DNA from: Eledone cirrhosa
Lineage: Eukaryota
NCBI GenBank assembly: GCA_964016885.1
Contig: OZ024754.1
Span: forward strand, 27,528,001 to 27,592,000
Direction: 5' to 3'
DNA: 64,000 nucleotides
Shown here: positions 15,392-28,659 of the stretch, piece by piece
Position numbering within the stretch: the first letter of the stretch is position 1
Layout: every line of letters begins with the position of its first letter
Made by a program: the position numbers and the translations under genes
The notes under the pieces: generated by a model
What the model saw: the letters and a program-made list of their open reading frames with translations, nothing else
Databases searched by the model: none
Told to the model about the DNA's origin: nothing

Positions 15392-15858
15392 ATGACTTGA
15401 TCTGAAATCATGTGTTGAAACTAGAGCAATTACACCGTGGAAGAAATATTTCAGACACTCAAAATAACAACATGTGTTAAATTTGCTTTAGATTTAACAG
15501 TTATTTCTTGGTGTCAAACGATTCGTCACAATGTTTCTGATTGTAGATCAAGTGATCCGAGACCGTGTTCTGAAACCTGATCAAATACATCATGGAAGAA
15601 TCATTTTAACCAACCAAAACTATACCAAATTTATTAAATTGACTTTACATTATACAGTTATTTCTTGGAGTCAAAATTTTCGTTGCACTATTTGAAATCT
15701 AAATCCTAACGGCAAATGACTTGATCTGAAAACAAGGTTTTATACTGAGTTAATTATTTCGTGGAAGAGTAATTTTAGCCACACACAAATACACGAGAAC
15801 TGTTAAACTGACTCTACATTCAGCAGTTATTTCTTGGTGACAAATTTTGTTTGTTACA
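15392..15858. repeat. Degenerate tandem repeat, ~160-170-bp unit, 3 copies
   Basis: cagttatttcttgg at ~15498, 15655 and 15824; atgacttgatctgaaa at ~15392 and 15717. Confidence 0.75.
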
Positions 15859-16361
15859 GAAACATCTTAAGAAATGAAAAGAAGATATAATCACTGTTGA
15901 AGAAAAACATTTGGAGCAGATATCTTATCTTAATTATTTGAAACGGTATGGTGTTGTATATACATATATTGTAATGACATGCTGTCTCTAACATTAAACA
16001 TCTCTTTCTTAGGAGTTTTGTTCCATATTAGTTTTTCTTCTTACTTATTTTAAATCAATATATCTGGTATATACCTTTGTATTCTGTTGATCAAATTGAC
16101 ATTTATGTACCTGCAATTAGTGAAAGTACATTTATCCCACAATTATCCTTCGCTCAATACTATATTAATCTACTAATGCTCTGTGAAGTTACATTCATTC
16201 AAGTTATTGTATATTACCCGAAGTGTTGTACCTCGGATATACATGCTCTTCTTAATTGCTGAATATACAAAACATTGAGCTTTAAATCCACTTGTCATAT
16301 TATAAATTGATTGCTCAACCAGTCAAACCTGTTTTTATATACATACACGCGCGCACGTACG

Positions 16362-16487
<126 letters not shown>

Positions 16488-16494
16488 ATATCAA

Positions 16495-16617
16495 CCATAT
16501 TAATAAATGGAAAATATCTTTATAATACCATATTTATTTTATTTCAAGGATACTAAATTTTAATATGCTTTCATCAGATAAAATATAGTATTTGGTGCTA
16601 AGATATTGACATACCTT
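16495..16617 (-). mobile_element. pLTR-like fragment with partly deleted hammerhead (family of 18940-19082)
   Basis: Minus strand TATTTTAT-CTGATGA-aag...ctt-GAAAT, but stem III is missing. Confidence 0.55.
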
Positions 16618-16711
16618 AGCGTAAACTTAATACTATAAGCCCGCTATCGCCGATAGAGCGCTTCAAATCTGTTATGAAATTAACTCTGTTGAACAAACCA
16701 TATAACTCATT

Positions 16712-16777
<66 letters not shown>

Positions 16778-16781
<4 letters not shown>

Positions 16782-17130
16782 AAAATAACAGATTAAATAA
16801 CAGATTAATCTGTTATTTTAATAAATATTTGCTCTACGGTTCTTATATATTTGATATATATTTATCCTTTTCGAGCCCTCTTTGGAGTTTAGTCTTCAAA
16901 TTTATTATTATTACTATATATATATATATATATATATATTAAAATAACAGATTAAAGTTTAAGCAAAGAATCGCTGTTTCAGAAGGTCCAATTAAGGGTG
17001 AAAGCAGCGATTCTTTGCTTAAACTTTAATCTGTTATTTTAATAAATATTTGCTCTACGGTTCTTATATATTTAATATATATTTATCCTTATCGAGCCCT
17101 CTTTTGATTTTAGTCTTCAAATTTATTATT
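16778..17130 (+). mobile_element. Two tandem P1 pLTR derivatives in (TA)n
   Basis: 16778-16915 and 16938-17130, each with a fold-back 5' end of different length. Confidence 0.75.
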
Positions 17131-17150
17131 ATATATATATATATAATATA

Positions 17151-17574
17151 TATTGTTATACTTTGGGAGGGTTATGCAGCCAATAAAAACACACGCACCT
17201 GTTGGATTTCACTTCAATTTATTCTAAGTCTCCGTGTAAGTGAACACTAGCGAGAACTCCAGGCTGGGAAAATCTGATCAGTACTCCATCAACATGCCAA
17301 AATAGAACATAGGGTTATATTAGAGAATATAAAGATAAAAATTATATCCACACACACAGAAAAAAGGCAACGCTCAGACAAATCACAGAGGCGCCAAATA
17401 TAAACGAACTCCAACCAAAATTGAACAGAAAGCATGAGTGGAATAGAAACATCACAACTAGAAATTAAGGACAAAATGAAGACATACAGACACACGCAAA
17501 AACCAAACTAACAAAAGAAATCGGACATACACAGATAGAGCAAGCAACCAACTCGTGACAAGTAAATAAACACA

Positions 17575-17605
<31 letters not shown>

Positions 17606-17622
17606 AAGCAGACACACATACG

Positions 17623-17710
<88 letters not shown>

Positions 17711-17962
17711 TGTAACGCATGCGCAAAGTAAGCACACAACACACAAAACCAAGATGGTGTAGGACAGAACAAAGGAGACACACAAAAAACCCTAGTCACT
17801 GAGGAGGTCAGAGAATGTGTGATGAAAGAGCTTTGACAATATATAAACAACCTTTAGGTTATCGGAGCAACCAACCAACCGGAAAATTATAATATATTGA
17901 CTTGAAAACATCATGTGCGTGTGTTTTTATTGGCAGAGTGACTCTCCCAAAGTATAACAATA
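17151..17962. mobile_element. Element bounded by ~45-bp imperfect terminal inverted repeats (MITE-like or inverted pLTR)
   Basis: tattgttatactttgggagggttatgcagccaataaaaacacacgcac versus gtgcgtgtgtttttattggcagagtgactctcccaaagtataacaata. Confidence 0.6.
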
Positions 17963-18033
17963 TCTGTTTCAACACACGTCTTCAGATAAGAAATCTCGCA
18001 AAACAAATTCAAAAACGAAATATATATATGTAT

Positions 18034-18084
<51 letters not shown>

Positions 18085-18139
18085 TTTTTAATCGATCGAC
18101 TTTTCGTCAAATCGGACCGAGGAAACAATGTTTCCGTTG

Positions 18140-18307
18140 GTCTTTCCAGTTGCTAGTACTATCTATCGGTCGCAACTCCAGGTAGAAGGAGCAATGTGAA
18201 ATAAAGTGTCTTGCTCAAGGACATAACGCATCGCCCGGTCCAGGAATCGAACTCACAAACTCAACATTGTGAATCCAATTCTCTAACCACTCAGCTACAC
18301 GCCTTCA
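18140..18307 (-). mobile_element. tRNA-derived SINE
   Basis: Minus strand ggcgtgtagctgagtggttagag (A box), gagttcgattcc (B box), gtccttgagcaagacacttt. Confidence 0.75.
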
Positions 18308-18326
18308 CAATATATATATATATATG

Positions 18327-18357
<31 letters not shown>

Positions 18358-18392
18358 GTAATGTATGTATATATATATATATATATATACAT

Positions 18393-18556
18393 TTATTAAA
18401 ATAACAGATTAAAGTTTAAGGGTGAAAGCAACGATTCTTTGCTTAAACTTTAATCTGTTATTTTAATAAATATTTGCTCTACGGTTCTTATATATTTGAT
18501 ATATATTTATCCTTATCGAGCCCTCTTTGGATTTTAGTCTTTAAATTTATTATTAT

Positions 18557-18560
<4 letters not shown>
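18393..18560 (+). mobile_element. P1 pLTR derivative
   Basis: Same sequence as 2565-2728 with a shorter spacer. Confidence 0.75.
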
Positions 18561-18607
<47 letters not shown>

Positions 18608-18775
18608 GAGAGAGATTCTGAACACAGTCATACACGGGTTGAAAATATACTAGGTGAAATTCGTGTTCACGAGTATGGTTTGTTAAATTGTTGTGGAACT
18701 AACTCTTTACCGAACGAAATCGACATCTAGACTGAGTGATCTACTTACTACGGATATAACCTCCCGGTTTTTTAC

Positions 18776-18815
<40 letters not shown>

Positions 18816-18877
18816 TACACACACACATATTTATATATATATACATATATACATAAATGGTATATATATATATATAA

Positions 18878-18935
<58 letters not shown>

Positions 18936-18977
18936 CAATATATTAACAAATGGAAACTATATTTATAAAACCATATT

Positions 18978-19043
18978 TATTTTATTATACATATTTCAAG
19001 GGCCACCAAGGCAAATTATGGTGCGCTTTCATCAGATAAAATA
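18978..19043 (-). ncRNA. Type-I hammerhead ribozyme, intact core
   Basis: TATTTTAT-CTGATGA-AAGcgcacca...tggtggccCTT-GAAA-TATGTA-TA-ATAAAATA: 8-bp stem I, canonical CUGAUGA/GAAA, AUA cleavage triplet. Confidence 0.8.
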
Positions 19044-19155
19044 CAATACAGATTAGTTTTATAAATAAATATTGACATACCCTGAAAAAAGGCAACCTTA
19101 ACGGTTGGAGCTTCCTGGATAGCTTGTTGTATCCCAACAAATTAAATATAACCTC

Positions 19156-19233
<78 letters not shown>

Positions 19234-19242
19234 TATATATTA

Positions 19243-19293
<51 letters not shown>

Positions 19294-19669
19294 ATATCAC
19301 GTATATACAAATATAGATGTATAGATGTTACATCTACATTAAGAGGGAGACAGGTAAATCTCTATATATGTGTGTGTATATCGACAAATATTTATGTGTG
19401 TGTGTGAGTGTGTCGGTGTAACATAATGCTGAGGTAGTGTAGATTCAATTAGTTAGGTTTATTGGATACCGGATCACACGGCTAGAGGTGATGTTACCTG
19501 GAATTTATTGAGATGTTACCTGAGATTTATTGGTTGGCAGTCAAAGTAATAACAACATTGATTTATTACTTTCGTACAGATCGAAGTATAATGTAGCGAG
19601 AGAGATAAAATGTCTTTTACATATTTGGTGACACCGTTGTCTGTGACGTTAGTAGGGAGATTAGAGGTG

Positions 19670-20045
19670 AGTAGAAGGAGGAGGGGGAGAAAGCAGAAGA
19701 AGAAGAAGAAGAAGAAGAAGAAGAAGAAGAAGAAGAAGAAGGAGGCGGAGAAAGAGAAGAAGAAGAAGAAGAAGAAGGATGAGAAGTGAGCCAAGGTGGA
19801 GGTGGAGGAGGAGGAGGAGAAATGAGCCAAGGGGGAGGAAGAGGAAAAATGAGCCAAGAAGAAGAGCATGTGCAAGAAGAAAGGGTAGAAAAATAGGTGG
19901 GGTGAGGAGAATGAGTAATAGGAAGGGGAGGAGAGAGAAGAGACTAGAAAAAGAAAATTAAGAGAAAAGAGAGAACAAGGATGAAAATTAAAAATATAAA
20001 AGAAAAAGATGAGAAAAAGAAAGAGAGAAAATATAGAGAACAGAG
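19670..20045. repeat. Purine-rich (GAA)n/(GAG)n low-complexity tract
   Basis: Direct; tgagccaag occurs three times. Confidence 0.9.
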
Positions 20046-20454
20046 TTGAGGGGGGATAAAATGGTTATATTCTGTTATAGAAATATGTGCACTTATCGTT
20101 TCACCGGAACGTAACCTGACCTATACAGCGTAGAGCAGAGCTATTATTGGTAAAGATATTATGTGCTAGGCTTTTTCGGTGAACAGCAGAGACAGCGACC
20201 TAATTTAAATACCAACGCCAACACCTACACATCTCTTTATGCTATTTACTTTATTTAATTGATCCCAGTCGGTTTTGGCGATGAGTTTTCTACTTGTTCA
20301 ATTAACGTAAACAGTGAAATTTTAAACAAGCCATTTCATAAAATTTGAATAAATGTCATGGACAACCATTTGCTTTAAACTGTCTCTTCCAGTTGTTTGG
20401 TCAATGGTATGTCCTGTTCATTGAATAAACGTAGGTGTATATTCCACAGAGAAG

Positions 20455-21165
20455 GCCCGTGTACCTTTAACGTAATGTCAGAGGGATTCAGCGTCGTGAC
20501 AATGTGTGAAAAGGCTGGGCCTTTAAATTACTGTGCTAGTCTATCTTGTATAATGTTAATTACGGCGTTTGGGCGGGTTATTGGCAGAGTCGGTAGAGTG
20601 TCGGACAAAACGCTGTGAGGCATTTAGTTACGGCACTTTACTTTCTGAGATCAAATCACACTGAGATCAACTTTGCCATTGATCCTTCCGGGATCGATAA
20701 AATAATGTATCAGTCAAGTACAAGGGCCGATGCACTCGGTTTTCCCCTCCCCCAAATTGCTTAACTTGTGGCTAAATTAGAAACCATAATGGGTACGTGA
20801 ATAAGTACTCCACAGACACGTGTACCCTTAACATAATTCTCATAGAGATTCTGCCAGACGTAGCATCTCATGAGACAGGCCGTTGTGAATTACAAGTACA
20901 GTTCATCATGTTCATTGAATAGTTCATTGAATAGTACGTGACTGAGCATTCTACAGACTGGTATATCCATAACGTAATTCTCAGAGTGATTCAGCTTCAT
21001 ACGGTGTCTGACTATTCTGACCTTTGAATTGCAGGTACAGTCAGTTTTTATTATACCGAGAGTGGCCGAGACTTCCACAGAAACATGGACGTTTTTATTG
21101 TGATTCTCGGCAAAATTTTGCGTTACAAATCGTCTGTCAAGGCTAGACCTTTGAATTACAGGCTC
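20455..21165. repeat. Dispersed degenerate ~80-bp unit (4 copies) interrupted by a SINE
   Basis: taacgtaattctcagag.gattcagc...aggctgg.cctttgaattacagg-like units at ~20460, 20820, 20965 and 21100. Confidence 0.65.
20570..20790 (+). mobile_element. SINE S1, near full length
   Basis: Head ttggcagagtcggtagag, body tctgagatcaaatc...aactttgcc...gataaaataa, tail ttagaaac. Confidence 0.7.
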
Positions 21166-23732
21166 ACCCCATCCGAACGGCGCTTCAAAGCAATGTCCCT
21201 CTACCCACTTTATCCCATGAAGCTTTGGATGATAAATATGAGATCCTATATACACGCACAGCTACGGAAATTGTAGGGGCATATTACAGAAGAATAGCTT
21301 TATTGTTAACTTGCAAATCCAAGCAGATTGCAGAATATCTTATTACGTCGAAGAATAAGATACTTATCAAAACCTATTCGTAGCATCAACTCATCAAAAG
21401 CAAAATCGATTATACATAGAATAAATAATTTTCTGTAAACGTTTTAGCAATATTTGATCAGTAAATCCTCCTACTGATTACATTGTAAAACGGTCTCCTT
21501 TTATGGGGGGAATATTGAGAGATTTATGACTACGTTAACAATAAAATTTGTACTGTTCGACGATAAGTAAAATCGAACTTCAATAGGCTAAAGAGAATGT
21601 TTGCTCCTCTCGCCACAAACCTCACCTCTCCAAAGAAAATTATTTTTATTAATATCCTAATTATTAAAGAAATTATGCATTAATCAATCATAAACTTTCG
21701 AAAGAGGTAACTTCTGTGTATTCCGTAAATATGAAATTCTAATTAAGTTTGACATTAATAAGGTATTATTTAAATATAGAAAATTTATTGAAACCTATTA
21801 TATTACAAATGGAACTTTATGAGATCAATATAATATTATTAATCTATCAAACCACACAAAAAATAATAAGTTGTACAATATACATGTAGCAATTGTAGTT
21901 ATGATAAATGTGTTTATTAATTAAATATCAATGTTCTCATTTATGGTTTATTACAAATTTTTCAAAATCGTTTAACAGTAATATCAGATATTAATGGATA
22001 TTGTATAATTAGATTCTTAAACATTCGTATTTCCTAATGGAAATGAATTAATATGAATTTCTCTCTGACATATGATATTTTCTTTAATATAATACATTGA
22101 CAAAAAAATATTTCATATATTTTGAAATAGTAAATTATTGAAGTTCAATGCAGTTATACAAGCCAAAAGGGACGGGAATGTTGGATGGAAAAGTTGGCAC
22201 GGACCTACGATTTTAAAAGAGTGTACGCCCCAAATTCTAATTTCTGTTGTATGTTCTATTAGTTGTAGATAAAACATGCACACTACATATACATGTAACC
22301 CTTACATAAACCATATGCATTTAGCACCGGTTACTATAAAGAGGTCTATCCATAGCTATGGGGCCCTTCTTTTCAGATGTATTCTAAGGTCAACCATTGT
22401 TTTCTTGAGCCTGGTTAGTGTCATGGGAGTAGTATCCTCTGACGAAAACCTAGCCTGGATGCAAATTGGGTAGGCGGAAACTGCCCGTAAGCTCGTCGGA
22501 TTGATTCTACTCGTTATTTAAATGTCTGAACTTATTACACACCTGTGTATCTAGAGTACTCAACTAGATACACGTTAATTCACCAGCTGAACGTTCAGTT
22601 GACAGGAGAACTCAATGATCATCGTCGAAGCCGAAGGAATGTCTATCATCATAATAGCATGCCTTTAAGTCAATATTTTAATAACGATTTATGCTCGTCT
22701 ATTTTCTTTCCTATTTCCGTAATCAACGTTATCCCGTTTTCATATGAATATTAAATATTTACAGCCCAAGGGAATCATAAACACTTGGCTAGTGATAGAA
22801 GAACGGAAAAAGAGTTTGAAAGAAAGCAATTTAAAGTTTGTCATTAATTAATAATATTTTGTATTGACGGTATGAAGTGCAATGGACGGGATCATTACAT
22901 TAGTATAATTGACAGTATCGTTAATAATGCCCCAATGTTCACTTCTGACTATATATATGCTGATGGGAAGAAAAGTAATAATAATTTCTCCTTACCCAAC
23001 AATTTCTCATCATTAATATCATGATATCAGTATTTTAAACTGGGGTGAGGTGTTGCAATTAAACCAGTGACAAGTGGAGAATTTAATGATATAAAACGAA
23101 TTATGTGAATGTTTATTTCAGTAAAGTAGTATTGTAATTAAGCAAAGTATAATTTTGAACACTTTCACGATACTTTTAATGGTACAGCTTAAAGTTTTCA
23201 ATGAGATCTGAAAATAATAAGAATTTTGAGAGCTTTATTAATATAACTGACTTTCTCATTGCTAATTTGTTGTTTGGAATATAAATGTTCTTACATAAAA
23301 TTATAATGAAACGTTTTAAAATAGATATAACACTTTAAACATTTCGTAACGTTAGTTCTAACGAAATGCAGTGTCTATGATTTTAAAAATATTTTTTAAA
23401 TAATAAAAAATTTGCTAATATAACTATAATTATTAATCTGGTCTTTTCAATATACACTAACAAAGTAGTCTTAGATGAAATCATGAAAGAATGTCTTTCA
23501 AAGAATATAAAACTTTAAAAAAGACACCCCTTAGTATCACAGAGCGACAGACAGTTTCAGGATATGTGGTATGATAAGGATTAAGCTGCTACTATAACTA
23601 AGAACATTATCACTGATGTTTAAAACTACTGGATAGCAATAACGTAAGGAATACATTGTAAATATATATCATTTATTCATCTAATTATCTGATACACAAC
23701 AGTAATTATTAAAGCTATAAAGATAATTTTAA

Positions 23733-23890
23733 ATAATTGTTTCTACTTTAGACACAAGGCCAGTAATTTGAAGCGAAATACGATTAAATCGACCCCAGTG
23801 CTTACTGGTACTTTATTTTATCAACTCCGTAAAAAGGCAAAGCTAACCTCAGTAGGATTTGAACAGAGAACGTAAAGGGCCGTAATTCTA
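23733..23890 (-). mobile_element. SINE S1
   Basis: Reverse complement of the S1 body and tail. Confidence 0.65.
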
Positions 23891-24371
23891 TGAAGATAAT
23901 TTTTGACGTAGATTGTTCCGTTTCTTTCGACCGAATAAACAAAAATTGGGTGAGGAGGAGAAAAGAGAGATGGAAGAATCTGTTGATGAAATTAACATGC
24001 AATTGGCCAGAGTATTCAATAGAAACATTCCCTCTTCAAATAAGTTTCTGTTTGTTATTCAGAGTGGGAGTGTGTAACAAGACTAGCCGCTTGAGTTACA
24101 GGGGCTGTCCATCCGGGGCACCCCCAAATAGTTTAGGTTTACCCTATTGTCCTTGGAAGGCTTCAGTCGACGAACAGATACGTCAAGTGATACTTATTGA
24201 AGATGTCGCAAGATGTCGCTAAGTCGGTACCCTAAGATTGTGGCGTGAACATCTTAATCTTTTGGCCATGATGCATCCAAACGTAACGTATTAGGGAGTA
24301 TATAACCGACGCGTCTTTCCGCACAAATCTGAAGCCTAATGTCTGTATTAGAAACAACTATATTGTAGTTG

Positions 24372-24575
24372 GAGGGTAGTAGATTGGCAGAATTGTTAGT
24401 GTCGAATACGATGCTTGTGGCTGTTACATTCGGAGTTTAAAACCCGCTGAGGTCAACTTTGCTTCTCATATTTTCTGCAGTTGATATTATTAAGTATAAG
24501 ACAACTACCGAGGTAAATTTAAATGACTTTTCTCCTCTCCTTGAATTTGTTTTTATTTTTTGTCTAAATTAGAAC
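24372..24575 (+). mobile_element. Degenerate SINE S1
   Basis: gattggcagaattgttag...gaggtcaactttgc...aaattagaa. Confidence 0.6.
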
Positions 24576-25469
24576 CCCTTATATTAACTATTTGAATAAT
24601 CGTCTTATTTGCTGCAACTATTCATTCTACAAGACATTCTAAGCAAAGATCGCTCTTTGCTTTAGAGAATCTGCTATCCATGGGTTTTACATAAAAACCC
24701 ATTATGTAAATATCTTACAGATATTTGGAACCTGTGTGGCAAACGAAATCCATGGTTTGCCTCTATAATTACCTTTCTTATAAATGGATTTCTACTTTCT
24801 TGATGTGAAGGTGCTTTTATTATGAAAACGTTTACGCCTCTTCAAAATATTTACCAAACGACTTAATGGCACTTAAACGGAAAATATTATTTAGAAGGCC
24901 ATAATTCCTTTGAAGTGGGGCATAATGTATTTTCTGAACACCCAAACACAGTCACCCTTTCTGAACAAGTACCCTTTTCTGAACATCCAAACACAGGCAG
25001 GTTTGCGTTTAAATGCATATGAAACATCGCAGGTATAAAATATATGTAAATACATTCATCATAACGAATAGGAAATAGATATATAATGTTTTTAGACTTT
25101 AAACAGAAAATGGAATGTTCACTCTGGCTGAACTTGTGTATAATTAAATGTATATATTGATATATGTGCTACGTTTTCCATTACACAAAACAATTATTAA
25201 AAACAATAAGTAGAGCTGTAATAAATATACATAATTTTTTGTATTTGACGCTAAAAAATAGAAAACAAATTGTTGCATTCATTTTAGCCGACCCTACATA
25301 TAATTAGATAGAGAGAAATAATATGGTGACTAGGATAATATAAATATGCGTTTCACTTTTACTGTCCACACACACGTACACAGGAAACACAAATATCATA
25401 TTTTAATTAAACATGATAAAATGGCTTCAAAATAAATATATCACGTCCGCACACACACACACGCACACA

Positions 25470-25568
<99 letters not shown>

Positions 25569-25701
25569 ATATATATGTATATATATATATAGTAATAATA
25601 ATAAATTTCAAGACTAAAATCCAAAGAGGGCTCGGTAAGGATAGATATATATCAAATATATAAGAACCGTAGAGCAAATATTTATTAAAATAACAGATTA
25701 A

Positions 25702-25752
25702 AGTTTAAGCAAAGAATCGCTGCATTCACCCTTAACGGGATCTTCTGAAACT
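25702..25752 (-). ncRNA. Hammerhead-like motif with CAGAAGA core variant (P1)
   Basis: Family consensus AGTTT-CAGAAGA-TCCCgttaaGGGT-GAAA-GCA..TGC-TT-AAACT. This copy reads GAAT. Confidence 0.55.
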
Positions 25753-26627
25753 AACAAAGTCAATCTGCAAACTTAGAAGTGGATATTTCAAAAAACGTTG
25801 CAACCGGAGGAAGACAGGAAGACGAGACTTTGGTTCGTGGAAACGTTCGCTGACAAAGAACGGGAAAAAACGAATAAGATACGTCATTAATAGGAGCGGT
25901 GAAAAACAATTACACGCAAACACAGAACCACGTTTATGGTATAAAAGAGGTCGTAGACTAATGTTCTCTTAGGTGGTTCATAGAGACGTTCTCTGGCAAT
26001 GAACGAAAAAAAACGAGGATAATACGTCATATGTGGAGCGTAGAGAACAATAGCACATGAATATCCGCTACAGAGTTAAGAACAAAGTAAATAAATACAA
26101 TACAGAAGTCATAGAAATAAATAAATACATACACGCAAACAAATACGTACATACACAAGCATACACGAAACACTTACCATAGGTATACAAAACCACGCAC
26201 ATATAAATATGTGTGTGTGTATGCGTGTATACAAATAAATAAATAAATATAAACGTATATAAATAAATAAATACGTATATAACAAGCGCACACACATACC
26301 TACATGTAAATACACGAATGTTCGGAGACGTAAGTCAACCAAAACATGAAGTACACACATACACACACCCTACATACGTACAAACCTGCATACTCACACA
26401 GACGCAAAACTCCCGTATACACATAGCCAAACCATATGTACCAGAATAAAAAAAATTAAAAATTATACGCCATAACATAAACAATCAAATAAACGTACGA
26501 GAAGGTATACATACCTTCACGAAACATACGGGTAATATATACTTACCTATGCAAATAAGTAATGGTATAAACAAAACATATACTTAGCTCCCACATCAAG
26601 ACGTAAAATATCCACGTATAGATCGTA

Positions 26628-27376
26628 CTATCCGTTAGGGTATAACGTGGGGCTGTAATACAGGAAAGTTTTGTGCAATTTATGTTTACAAGCCGAAATT
26701 GCCTCACATTTTTTGTTTAAGATGTGGTCTGTGGCGTAGAGTATTTCCAGGGCCTCAGCGGCGCAGAGGTCACATGGTCTTTTATTTCCGTTATACGATC
26801 TAGCCCTAGCTAGGATCTCCCAGTGTAACTTATATTGGGTGTGGTTGTCTTTTAGACTCCAGATATAAGCTGAAAGTGACGTCATATTCCTTCTTAGAGG
26901 GTAACGAAAAGAATGGGTATGCGTGTAAAGACGCTGCTTGAATCTATTGACGGTTAACCCTATGTAGGTCCTACGGGACGTGGGTGTTACAACCTTACAT
27001 TTGTAGACAATGTTACTAGAGAGGCATTTCCCGGATAGGGGCAATCAACCCGATTCCTACAATTACAGTTAGTACTACCTACAGGGTTTCACGTGTTCCT
27101 ACTGCTAGGTGGTTTAGCTAAATTTGAAGCTGTGATGTTATATGCAAGGTTAGGAGTCGTAGAGTAAGAAATTTTAATAGTATTTCTATTAAAAATGTTA
27201 CTATATTTATGTGTAGGGGGAAAATGCTTCGTAATAAGGGAAAGAAAGATCTTAGCTAATGGTGTGGCCACCTTCATATTATATGGTGGGTTATACCAAC
27301 AAATGCGACGGGATCTATTTTCGTACTCTGTATATGCATCCTTATCGACAAATCCACTTCGAGCAAGGTGTCCCAA
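26628..27376 (-). pseudogene. Penelope-like linker + GIY-YIG endonuclease, frameshifted
   Basis: Motifs as above. Confidence 0.85.
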
Positions 27377-27623
27377 AAGTATGTATACACACTTTGATTA
27401 CCTGTACAGGCAATATTTATTAGAAGCATGTTGAAGTATGTATACATTTATTGGGACAACTTGTATTTATAAATACTGTTTGCATAATTGTATTTATAAG
27501 ATACTGTTTGCATAATTGCAAACGATTCGAATATTATTATTAATATTCGAAAAGTTCAGATTTACATTTTTATATATTTATGTATATGTAAATATATATA
27601 TGCATATATATATATATATATAT

Positions 27624-27814
27624 AACGAGGGAAATGTGGTAAGGAACCACATAGACCATAACGCACCAAAGTACTCAATACTTAGGGTAGTAGAAAGGGT
27701 AATAGGAACGAGTAGGACCCCGACGGCTGAGCTCAAGCCGTTTCGACGGATAATTCTGAGTCCAGAATTAGCCGTCGAAACGGCTTGAGCTCAGCCGTCG
27801 GGGTCCTACTCGTT

Positions 27815-27818
<4 letters not shown>
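27624..27818 (-). mobile_element. Fold-back palindrome element P2
   Basis: Third copy, embedded in (TA)n. Confidence 0.8.
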
Positions 27819-27898
<80 letters not shown>

Positions 27899-28099
27899 TA
27901 TTTGTATAAATATGCTCATTTTAATCAGATATATATATATATATGCAAGCATATATATATGTATATATATATTTATATATACATACATTTATATATATAT
28001 AAAACCATATTATATATATATAATATATTTATATATATATTATATATATAATATATGTATATATATATTATATATATATAATATAATTAATATATATAG

Positions 28100-28149
<50 letters not shown>

Positions 28150-28202
28150 ATAGATTTATATATATATATTATTATATATAATATATTTATATATATACAT
28201 TC

Positions 28203-28348
28203 GGCATGCTTTACAGCAATGAGTTACGGCCTTTATGGTCTGAGTTCAAATACCGCCGAGCTTAATTTTGCCTTTCATCCTTACGAGGTCGATAAAATAA
28301 AGTACCAGTAATGCACTGAGATAATTGACGGCCATGTGCCAAAAGTAG

Positions 28349-28350
<2 letters not shown>
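28203..28350 (+). mobile_element. SINE S1 whose tail runs into the (TAA)n landing tract
   Basis: S1 body and tail, followed by (TAA)n 28351-28418. Confidence 0.75.
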
Positions 28351-28420
<70 letters not shown>

Positions 28421-28659
28421 TTTCTTTATTAAGGTTTTCATAAAGTAGACATTAAGGACAGTGCAGGACAATACAGGACGGTACAAATGGGCATTTCTGC
28501 GTGTAAAAAACAAAAACAGAGGATCTAACAAAAAATAACAATGAAAAATTGCCCAATAGGGGGGAGACTTCGGAGGTACATTTGTGGCGAAAGCCCAGTA
28601 AAAGGCCACAATGACCCTGACCACCAAGGCAAGTGCCCTCTCCCAGTTTTCCACCTTTA

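Larger units (their letters stand above)
25592..27380 (-). mobile_element. 5'-truncated Penelope-like (Naiad-type) element, apparent parent family of P1
   Basis: ORFs 27376-27089 (CWYNPPY..KHFPPTHKYSNIFNRNTIKISYS) and 27044-26628 (PLSGKCL..IVYKC..YIGLT..FKQRLYTH..CDLC), then a 3' UTR ending in the P1 sequence. Confidence 0.88.

Noticed and set aside
18140-18307. tRNA gene
   Set aside because: A and B boxes are present but there is no full cloverleaf, and it continues into a SINE body.
18612-18675. ctgaaca...gaaat hammerhead-like motif in a (TA)n-flanked insert
   Set aside because: Core is mutated and stem I is not evident; at most a decayed pLTR.
22435-22500. ctgacga...gaaac as another hammerhead
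   Set aside because: Stems II and III do not pair convincingly; more likely a SINE-related remnant.
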